Origin: Deltaproteobacteria bacterium
GTDB taxonomy: Bacteria > Desulfobacterota > Desulfobaccia > Desulfobaccales > 0-14-0-80-60-11
DNA: 33,059 bases
Direction of reading: 5' to 3'
Assembly: GCA_037381685.1 (NCBI GenBank)
Contig: JARRQO010000023.1
Coordinates: 1 to 33,059 of the forward strand
Part shown: positions 17,027 to 23,772 of the stretch, piece by piece
Layout of the letters: each line of letters starts with the position of its first letter
Position numbering within the stretch: position 1 is the stretch's first letter
The notes under the pieces: model-generated
Told to the model about the DNA's origin: nothing
Databases searched by the model: none
Seen by the model: the letters and a program-made list of their open reading frames with translations, nothing else
Program-made: the position numbers and the translations under genes

Positions 17027-17422
17027 TTAATAATTATTCACAATACGCCTGATTTCCGCCTTGGGCCTGCCAAAATTAACCAGCAAACACACTGAAAGAT
17101 CAGTAGCCCTAAGATAATTCAAGCACTGGGCCATATGCACCTCATCCAAGGCCCTGGCTACCTTTAACTCTATAAGAACCTTGTCCTCGACTAACAAATC
17201 TGCAGCAAACTCCCCCACGACCATCGTATCGTATCTAACCTGAATGCCATATTGCTGCTTGGCCTCCAACCCGTTTTTTCTGAGTTCCAGCGCTAACGCA
17301 TTTTCATAAACCTTCTCCAAAAATCCACTTCCCAACGTATTACTTACCTTATAAACACAACCAATAATCCTTTCCGTAATACTATTCAAATCTAATCTAT
17401 ATTCATCCTTATTCATCTGCAT
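17027..17422 (-). CDS. GxxExxY family protein (PD-(D/E)XK-like small protein)
   Basis: GSGFLEKVYENALALEL (GxxExxY motif), ADLLVEDKVLIELKV, and the CLLVNFG C-terminal motif of the family. The start codon is embedded in a decamer tandem repeat. Confidence 0.85.
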   Translation of the reverse strand: MQMNKDEYRLDLNSITERIIGCVYKVSNTLGSGFLEKVYENALALELRKNGLEAKQQYGIQVRYDTMVVGEFAADLLVEDKVLIELKVARALDEVHMAQCLNYLRATDLSVCLLVNFGRPKAEIRRIVNNY

Positions 17423-17452
17423 TCATCTGCGTCCATCTGCGTTCATCTGCGG
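17401..17452. repeat. Tandem decamer array (about 5 units of rttcatctgc on the + strand, i.e. GCAGATGAAY on the minus strand)
   Basis: attcatcctt|attcatctgc|attcatctgc|gtccatctgc|gttcatctgc|gg. It covers the GxxExxY start codon and its first codons (MQMNKDE), and it fills most of the 43-nt gap to the LivK-like stop codon. Confidence 0.9.
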
Positions 17453-17465
17453 TTAAATTATTTTT

Positions 17466-18581
17466 TTACGGCTTCATCGTCGTCAGATATACAAACTTCC
17501 CTTTCTCCACTTTGATGATGGTCACGTCCTTGATGGGATTGTGGTTCGGCCCCATGGTAATGGTGCCCGTCACCCCGGGAAAATCTTTAGTCGCGGCCAG
17601 GGCCCCCGCCACCTTGACCCCAGCGGTGCTGCCGGCCTGGGCCATGGCTGCGGTCAAAAGGAAATAGCTGTCGCCGCCCAGGGCCGCAAAGCCGGACAGG
17701 GGTTTGTGGTACTTGGCCTCATAGGCCTGCATGAATTTTTTCCCCAGCTTCGTGTTGGCGCCCTGACGGTGAAAGAGCGCGGTGAAGTACATGCCGTTCA
17801 CCGCGGGCCCGCCGATGCTGAGCAGTTCCGGCACCTGGGCCCCGTCTCCGGTTAAAATCGGGGTTTTGACCCCCAACTCCTTAAGCTGCTTGGCCAACAG
17901 CGCATCTTCAGTGTAGTAATTCGGCGCGTAGATGAGATCGGGCTTGGCCGCCTTCAGGGCCGAAATCTGGGCGCTGAAATCCTGGTCGCCGGTCTGGATA
18001 TAGCTGACGGAAACAATCTGGCCGCCCAGGCGCTTGAATTCCTCCATAAAATACTTGGCCAGGCCGACGCAGTAATCCTGGGCCTGGTCGATGAGCACCG
18101 CCACCCGCCGGGCTTTCAGGTTTTTATAGGCGAACCGGGCCGCCACTTTGCCCTGCAGGTCATCCACATACGCGGCCCGAAAGGCGTATTTCCGGTTCTG
18201 GGTCACCAGGGGATTGGTGGCGGTGGGAGTGATATTGGGAATCTTGGCCCGCTCGGCGATGGGCACCCCGGCCAGGGTATCGCTGCTGATCACCTCGCCG
18301 ATGATGGCCGCCACGTGATCCTGCTCAATGAGACGGCTCACCGCATTGGCCGCCTCTATGCGGTCGCTGCGGGTGTCCAGCATCACCAGCTTGATGGGCT
18401 GCCCCAACACCCGGGGTTCCAGCTTGTGGGCCACCTGAACGCCTTCCCACACCATCTGCCCCATGGCCGCGGCCGGCCCGGTCATGGGGAGATAGAGCCC
18501 GATTTTGACAACAGCCGCGGCCGGAGCCGCCAGGATCAGCAACAGGCCGGCAACCAGAAAGAACTGTTTAATTAGTCGCAT
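17466..18581 (-). CDS. ABC transporter substrate-binding protein, branched-chain amino acid (LivJ/LivK, type 1 PBP) family
   Basis: Signal peptide followed by KIGLYLPMTGPAAAMG. Overall Leu/Ile/Val-binding-protein-like pattern. No permease or ATPase genes adjacent. Confidence 0.85.
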   Translation of the reverse strand: MRLIKQFFLVAGLLLILAAPAAAVVKIGLYLPMTGPAAAMGQMVWEGVQVAHKLEPRVLGQPIKLVMLDTRSDRIEAANAVSRLIEQDHVAAIIGEVISSDTLAGVPIAERAKIPNITPTATNPLVTQNRKYAFRAAYVDDLQGKVAARFAYKNLKARRVAVLIDQAQDYCVGLAKYFMEEFKRLGGQIVSVSYIQTGDQDFSAQISALKAAKPDLIYAPNYYTEDALLAKQLKELGVKTPILTGDGAQVPELLSIGGPAVNGMYFTALFHRQGANTKLGKKFMQAYEAKYHKPLSGFAALGGDSYFLLTAAMAQAGSTAGVKVAGALAATKDFPGVTGTITMGPNHNPIKDVTIIKVEKGKFVYLTTMKP

Positions 18582-18699
18582 TCCTCGGGAAACCTATCGA
18601 GTATCGGGCAAAAAAGGCGCACAGGGGATAAGGCGTCCGGCAAATAAGCAGGATTTCTGTGGGCGGCCTTTCCTTTTCCCCCAAAAGTCTTTTCCAGGC

Positions 18700-18728
18700 T
18701 TGTTCCCCCCCGTTATCGTTACTATAAT
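18700..18728 (+). promoter_or_regulatory. Candidate sigma70-type promoter TTGTTC-17 nt-TATAAT for the gene at 18782
   Basis: TTGTTC at 18700-18705, a 17-nt spacer, and a perfect TATAAT at 18723-18728, about 54 nt upstream of the ATG. Sequence-pattern prediction only. Confidence 0.4.
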
Positions 18729-18781
18729 AGCAGAAAAAACCGGCGCCGGGAAGGAATTCCGGCCAGGGTGGCGAGGTTGTC

Positions 18782-19264
18782 ATGGAATTGCAACTGGAAA
18801 AGCTCATCATTCCCGAAGGGGCCAACCTCATTTTGGGCCAGAGCCATTTTATCAAGACCGTGGAAGATCTGTACGAAATTCTGGTGGGGGCCGCGCCCGG
18901 CATCAAATTCGGGTTGGCCTTTTCCGAGGCCTCCGGCGATTGCCTCATCCGCACCGAGGGCAACACCCCGGAGCTGGTGGAGGCGGCCATCGAAAACGCC
19001 CGGCGCCTGGCCGCGGGCCACACCTTCAATATTCTCCTGAAAGACGCCTTTCCCATCAACGTGCTCAACGCCGTCAAACTCTGCCCCGAGGTCTGCCGCA
19101 TCTTCTGCGCTACCGCCAATCCCGTGGAAGCCGTCCTGGTCCAGAGCGACTTGGGCCGGGGCATCCTGGGCGTGGTGGACGGCTTCTCCCCCAAGGGCGT
19201 GGAAGACGACGCCGGCCGCGCCTGGCGCCAGGATATCCTGCGGAAATTCGGCTATAAAAAGTAA
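18782..19264 (+). CDS. Adenosine-specific kinase family protein (PF04008-like)
   Basis: GQSHFIKTVEDLYE...PGIKFGLAFSEASG...GHTFNILLKDAFPINVLNA...ATANPVEAV resembles this small conserved family. GAGG RBS. Predicted promoter upstream. Confidence 0.7.
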   Translation: MELQLEKLIIPEGANLILGQSHFIKTVEDLYEILVGAAPGIKFGLAFSEASGDCLIRTEGNTPELVEAAIENARRLAAGHTFNILLKDAFPINVLNAVKLCPEVCRIFCATANPVEAVLVQSDLGRGILGVVDGFSPKGVEDDAGRAWRQDILRKFGYKK

Positions 19265-19268
19265 GCAG

Positions 19269-19291
19269 CTGTAGGGCGGGCACTGCCCGCC
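19269..19291. repeat. 23-nt hairpin repeat CTGTAGGGCGGGC(A)CTGCCCGCC, copy 2
   Basis: Same sequence with one loop difference. It lies 5 nt after the stop of the adenosine-kinase-family gene and is flanked by the inverted cagctgta / tacagct. Confidence 0.9.
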
Positions 19292-19340
19292 AGAAATATT
19301 ACAGCTCCCTGCTGAGGCCTTGCTGTTCAAAGGAATATCT

Positions 19341-21425
19341 ATGCAACGCTTCTTCGAGCCCCGCTCCGTGGTCCTCATCGGCACCTCGCGCCAGACCGGT
19401 CCCGGGGCTTACAACAACCTGGAGATGCTGCTGAGCTACGGTTATGCGCGGCGCATCTACCTGGTGCACCCCAAGGTCCCGGAAATCCTGGGTTATAAGA
19501 CCTACCCCCGGGTTGCCGCGCTGCCTGATGTTCCCGACCTGGCCGTCATTTCTCTGGGCCGGGAACGCCTGGTGTCCGCCCTCCGGGATTGTGTGCAGCA
19601 CGGCATTAAGCGGGTGGTGGTCATCAGCCAGGGACTTGCCGACGCCGATGCCCGCGGCCAACAATTGCAGGATGACATCGTGCGGATTGCCCGGGAACAC
19701 GGCGCCCGGGTGGTGGGTCCCAACACCATGGGCATCCTCAACCCCTTCTCCGGCTTCACCACCGCCTTTATCGACGTGCCCCGGGACCACCAGCCGCCGC
19801 CCCTTACCCTGGTGGCCCAATCCGGCGCCTTCCAGGTTAGCGCCGCCTCGTTTGTGGGCCGCTTGGGCAAGGCCATCGACATCGGCAACGCCGCCGACGT
19901 GGACGCGGTGGACGTCCTGGAATATCTGGAGCACGACCCCCAGACCAAAATTATCGTCATGCACCTGGAGGGCCTGAAACGGGGCCGGCAGTTTCTCACC
20001 GTGGCCAGCCGGGTCGCCCGGTCCAAACCCATCATTGTCCTGAAAACCGGGCGCAGCGCTGCCGGGGCCCAGGCCGCCATGTCTCACACCGGCTCCCTGG
20101 TGGGGGAAGATGTCCTAGTCGACCTGGCCCTGGCCGCCGCGGGGGTCATCCGGGTGCGCACCACCGTGGAAATGCTGGCTGCGTGCCGGGCTTTTCTGCA
20201 TTTTCAGCCCCTGGCGGGCCCCCGCCTGGGGGTAGTGACCGCCACCGGCGCCTTCGGGATCATCGCCGCGGATTGCTGTGAAGATTACGGCCTTCAACTG
20301 GCTCCCTTCCCGGAGCCCCTCCGCAAACTCGAAGAAGAGCGGGTGCCCTGGCACAGGCTGGACAATCCAGTGGACCTCTGGCCCCTGGGCATGGTCACAG
20401 GGTCCTTTACCGGCGTGTTTCAGCGGGCCCTCAAAGGCCTGCTTCGGGACGATCACGTTGACGGCGTCCTGGGATTGGGGCCAGCCCTGGCTTCGCCCCG
20501 CCACGCCGACCTGGACATTCCCGGCGCGGTGCGGCAGATTCACCAAAAATCCAATCCCCGGCACAAGCCCATAGCGATTCTGTTATACGGCGATGAACCG
20601 GCGGTGCGGGCCCAGGTCCGGGAATTGGCCGCGGTGCCCGACGTGGCCTGCTTCGCCTCCATGGATGAGGCCATCATGGGGCTGGCAGCCACCTGGCGCT
20701 ACCGCCAATTTGCCCAACTCCCGGCCCGGGATTTCCGCCTGCCCGAGCCCCCGGCGGCCCGCCCGTTCGCCGCGCCCTCCGAGGGGATGCTGGTGGGTGA
20801 GGCCGCTATGGAGGTTTTGCGGGCCTATGATTTTCCCCTGGTTCCCGGAGTCCTGACCCATGACGCGGCTGCCGCCGAGGCCGCGGCAAAAGAGATGGGC
20901 TACCCGGTGGTGCTGAAGATCATCTCTCCGCAATGGCTCCACAAATCGGATATGGGGGGAGTGGCGCTCAACCTGGCCACCGCCGACCAACTGCGCCAGG
21001 CCTATAAAACCCTGCAGGAGCGGTTCCAGGAGCGCACCCCTGCGGGTACCCTTTCGGGCTTGCTGGTGCAGCAGCAGGTTCAAGGGACTGAGTTGCTCCT
21101 GGGGCTCAAGTGCGACCCCCAATTCGGGCCGGTGCTGGTGGTCGGAGCCGGCGGCATTTACACCGAGGTCTTACAGGACGTGGCCCGGGCCCTGGTGCCG
21201 GTGGACCACGAAGGCGCCAGTAAGCTTCTAGAAACCTTGAAAATTTTTCCCATCCTGCAGGGAGTCCGGGGCCAGGCCGGGGTCAATCTCCCGGCGCTGG
21301 CTGAAACCGTGGTAAAACTCTCCCGCCTGGCCGTAGATTACCCGGAAATCCAGGAACTGGACCTCAACCCCGTTCTCGCCGGCCCCCAGGGCTGCTGGTG
21401 CGTGGATTGCCGGATAGTGTTTTGA
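19341..21425 (+). CDS. Acetate--CoA ligase (ADP-forming) family protein (CoA-binding + succinyl-CoA-synthetase-like + ATP-grasp domains)
   Basis: FFEPRSVVLIGTS..., GPNTMGI, and MSHTGSLVG (phospho-His loop). The C-terminal ATP-grasp has GYPVVLKIISPQWLHKSDMGGV. I chose the ATG at 19341 over the upstream TTG at 19320. Confidence 0.85.
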   Translation: MQRFFEPRSVVLIGTSRQTGPGAYNNLEMLLSYGYARRIYLVHPKVPEILGYKTYPRVAALPDVPDLAVISLGRERLVSALRDCVQHGIKRVVVISQGLADADARGQQLQDDIVRIAREHGARVVGPNTMGILNPFSGFTTAFIDVPRDHQPPPLTLVAQSGAFQVSAASFVGRLGKAIDIGNAADVDAVDVLEYLEHDPQTKIIVMHLEGLKRGRQFLTVASRVARSKPIIVLKTGRSAAGAQAAMSHTGSLVGEDVLVDLALAAAGVIRVRTTVEMLAACRAFLHFQPLAGPRLGVVTATGAFGIIAADCCEDYGLQLAPFPEPLRKLEEERVPWHRLDNPVDLWPLGMVTGSFTGVFQRALKGLLRDDHVDGVLGLGPALASPRHADLDIPGAVRQIHQKSNPRHKPIAILLYGDEPAVRAQVRELAAVPDVACFASMDEAIMGLAATWRYRQFAQLPARDFRLPEPPAARPFAAPSEGMLVGEAAMEVLRAYDFPLVPGVLTHDAAAAEAAAKEMGYPVVLKIISPQWLHKSDMGGVALNLATADQLRQAYKTLQERFQERTPAGTLSGLLVQQQVQGTELLLGLKCDPQFGPVLVVGAGGIYTEVLQDVARALVPVDHEGASKLLETLKIFPILQGVRGQAGVNLPALAETVVKLSRLAVDYPEIQELDLNPVLAGPQGCWCVDCRIVF

Positions 21426-21557
21426 GTTTCCGGTTTCCGGTGGGTGGGCGAGATAAGCGCTGGATAATCCAAACGATTGTTCATTGCGCCCAGACTTTTC
21501 CTGGAAGGACATATGCACATCCTGTTAACCGAAAACCGCAAACCGAAAACTGAAAAC
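21424..21557. repeat. Intergenic element flanked by inverted tandem heptamers (gtttccg x2 on the left; cgaaaac/cgcaaac/cgaaaac/tgaaaac on the right)
   Basis: Read directly from 21424-21441 and 21528-21557. An approximately 86-bp core lies between the arms. Confidence 0.8.
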
Positions 21558-21568
21558 CCGGTGCTTTT

Positions 21569-22504
21569 ATGAAAGCCGCAGTATTGGCGGCCGGGACGCG
21601 GTTGCGGCCGCTCAGCGACCTCTGTCCCAAGCCGCTGTGGCCCATATTGAACCGGCCCCTGCTGGGGCTGGTGCTGGCGCAACTGGAGGCTGCGGGCTGT
21701 TTCCGGGTGGCGGTGAACACCCATCATCTGGCTGATCAGGTGCACGATTTTCTGCGCTCCGTGCCCTTTAGTTTCCTGCTCAGCGTCAGCCCTGAACCGG
21801 AGATTTTGGGTACCGGCGGCGGCCTCAAGCAACTGGGGGAAATTTTGCGGGACGGACCGTTTCTGGCTATAAACGGCGACGTCCTCACGGACCTGGATTT
21901 AAGCGAAATCTACCGGCGCCATCAGCCCGGGGCCATCGGCACCCTGGTGCTCCATGACTGTCCGCCGTATAATAACGTCTATGTGGCAGGTGACGAAGTG
22001 GTGAGCCTGGGCGCGCCGCCTCCCCAAGCAGCCTCGCCTCTGGCCTACACCGGCATCCAGGTGGTGGACCCCAAGCTGATGCCGTATCTCCCTGCCGCCG
22101 GACAGCCCTACGATCTGGTCCAGGCCTGGCGCCAGGCCCTGGCCGCGGGGGCGCGCTTGGCTTTTTATAAAGTCAGCGGCCACTTCTGGCAGGATATTGG
22201 CAGCCCGGAAAATTATCTCACGGCCCACCGGCGGCTGCTGGCCGGTGAATCCCCGCCTCTGGCCCGATTCTTTCAGGACTTGACCGACCCCCTGCGCGGT
22301 CCCGGAACCGAAATCGGCGCCGGGGTGAACTTTGCCGGTTCGGTCTGTTTGGGCGCAAACGTCAAGGTCGGGGAGAAGGCCAGCCTGAAAAACACCGTGG
22401 TCTGGGACCGGGCCGTCATTGCTCCGGGGGTCGTGTTGGAGGGATGTATCGTGGCTTCCGGCGTCCAGGTAAAAGAATCCGCCCGGGGTCAGGTATTGGT
22501 TTAA
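21569..22504 (+). CDS. Sugar-phosphate nucleotidyltransferase (MurU/GlmU-like N-terminal fold) with a C-terminal hexapeptide (left-handed beta-helix) extension
   Basis: MKAAVLAAGTRLRPLSDLCPKPLWPI (GxGxRxxPLT-like motif). INGDVLTDLD. The C-terminus has hexapeptide-like repeats (VCLGANVKVGEKASLKNTVVWDRAVIAPGVVLEGCIV). Confidence 0.75.
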   Translation: MKAAVLAAGTRLRPLSDLCPKPLWPILNRPLLGLVLAQLEAAGCFRVAVNTHHLADQVHDFLRSVPFSFLLSVSPEPEILGTGGGLKQLGEILRDGPFLAINGDVLTDLDLSEIYRRHQPGAIGTLVLHDCPPYNNVYVAGDEVVSLGAPPPQAASPLAYTGIQVVDPKLMPYLPAAGQPYDLVQAWRQALAAGARLAFYKVSGHFWQDIGSPENYLTAHRRLLAGESPPLARFFQDLTDPLRGPGTEIGAGVNFAGSVCLGANVKVGEKASLKNTVVWDRAVIAPGVVLEGCIVASGVQVKESARGQVLV

Positions 22505-22510
22505 TTGGTG

Positions 22511-22696
22511 CAAAGTTCAAGGCTCAAGGCTCAAAGTTGGATTCCGGAACTTGAGGCCTCTGCGAAGACCCCTGCATTTGTCATTCTGAGCGAAGATCGA
22601 AGAATCTATTAAGTACAACGCAATAAGAGATCCTTCGCGGCGCTCAGGTTGACAAAATGGCTTTTTGCAGAGGTCTCAACTTTGAACCTTGAACCC
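22511..22696. repeat. About 185-bp nested imperfect palindrome (MITE/REP-like) between the nucleotidyltransferase and kinase genes
   Basis: Three arm pairs. Outer: caaagttcaaggctcaaggctcaaagttg / caactttgaaccttgaacc. Middle: ttgaggcctctgcg / gcagaggtctcaa. Inner: tgtcattctgagcg..aag / cttcgcggcgctcaggttgaca. Confidence 0.85.
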
Positions 22697-22721
22697 GGAA
22701 CTCTCACTCTGGAGAATTTTT

Positions 22722-23726
22722 ATGCCCGATAAACTCTGGACCGCACGCCTGGCGGCCGCAGCCCAAGCCCGAGGCCTCAGCCTGGACTCCCCCCAAACCC
22801 TGGCCGGAGACGGCTCCGACCGCCGTTTTTACCGTCTCTTGGGGTCCCCCACCGCGGTCCTGCTCTTCCACCCCAACCCGCCGGGCGGCGAAGTCAATGA
22901 AAATGACTCTTATTACCGGATAGGCCGCCACCTAACGGCCAAAGGCGTGCCGGTGCCGGAAATCCATACCTATTGCCGGGAAGAATCCTGGATGCTTCTG
23001 GAAGACCTGGGGGACATCAGCCTGGAGGCCGTGATCCAGGGGCGACCCGCCGAAAGCCAAATCCGCCACTGGTACCGGCAGGCCCTGGAAATCCTGGTGA
23101 ATATGCAGATCAGGGGCCAAGAGGGGTTCGACCCTTCCTGGTGTTTCGACACCCCGGCACTGCACCGCCCCTTTTTGTGGGAGCGGGAGTGCGGTTACTT
23201 TGTCCAGGCCTTCCTGCGCAACTACCTGGGTCTTGCGACCACCATGGCGGAGCTGGCCCCGGACTTCGAACGCCTCCTCACCGGGGCGCTGCCCCCCGGC
23301 CCCAACTACTTCCTCCACCGAGACTATCAGTCCCGGAACCTCTTCGTCACCGGCGGGCGCCTCCGGGTCCTCGATTTTCAGGGCGGGCGGCTGGGGCCGC
23401 TGGGCTATGACCTGGCCGCTTTGCTCATCGACCCCTATGTCAACCTGAGTTCCGCCTGGCAGCAGGAGTTTTTGGACTATTACCTGGACCTGCTCCAGGC
23501 CCGCGTCGCAGTAAGCCCTGCGGCTTTTCGGGACCAGTATTTCCACCTGGCCCTTTGCCGCAACCTCCAGATCCTGGGGGCTTACGGCTTTCTCACCAAA
23601 GTCAAGGGCAAGGCTTATTTCGCCCGTTATATCCCCCTGGCGCTGGCGGGCCTGCGGCGGCGGCTGGCCGAGCGCCCCGGGGCCTTCCCCCGGCTGGAGC
23701 GGTTAATGGACGGCTTGCCCCGGTAA
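22722..23726 (+). CDS. Aminoglycoside-phosphotransferase-fold kinase (AmgK-like anomeric sugar kinase candidate)
   Basis: LAGDGSDRRFYRL N-terminal motif. HRDYQSRNLF (catalytic HxDxxxxN) and LDFQG (DFQ metal-binding) motif. ATG at 22722 preceded by GGAG. Confidence 0.7.
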   Translation: MPDKLWTARLAAAAQARGLSLDSPQTLAGDGSDRRFYRLLGSPTAVLLFHPNPPGGEVNENDSYYRIGRHLTAKGVPVPEIHTYCREESWMLLEDLGDISLEAVIQGRPAESQIRHWYRQALEILVNMQIRGQEGFDPSWCFDTPALHRPFLWERECGYFVQAFLRNYLGLATTMAELAPDFERLLTGALPPGPNYFLHRDYQSRNLFVTGGRLRVLDFQGGRLGPLGYDLAALLIDPYVNLSSAWQQEFLDYYLDLLQARVAVSPAAFRDQYFHLALCRNLQILGAYGFLTKVKGKAYFARYIPLALAGLRRRLAERPGAFPRLERLMDGLPR

Positions 23727-23772
23727 GGCGGCGCCGCCCGCCTGAGCCGCGTAGCCACTGCGCGCCGCACAG

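Larger units (their letters stand above)
13999..17465. other. AT-rich mosaic accessory island (hicBA / ABC-ATPase-TOPRIM / MNT / GxxExxY) between gyrA and the LivK-like gene; no recombinase present
   Basis: Composition drops from about 57% GC (line 13501) to about 38-40% (lines 14161, 14821) and 52-53% (lines 16741, 17101). All five genes are accessory-type. Internal cassette borders are marked by shared repeats. Confidence 0.75.

Noticed and set aside
17401-17452. CRISPR array
   Set aside because: The repeat unit is 10 bp and tandem without spacers. No cas genes are present.
23727-23738. Bidirectional terminator between the convergent kinase and tamB genes (GGCGGCGCCGCC)
   Set aside because: It is a 12-nt palindrome giving at most a 4-bp stem, with no flanking T/A tracts. 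Too weak to call.
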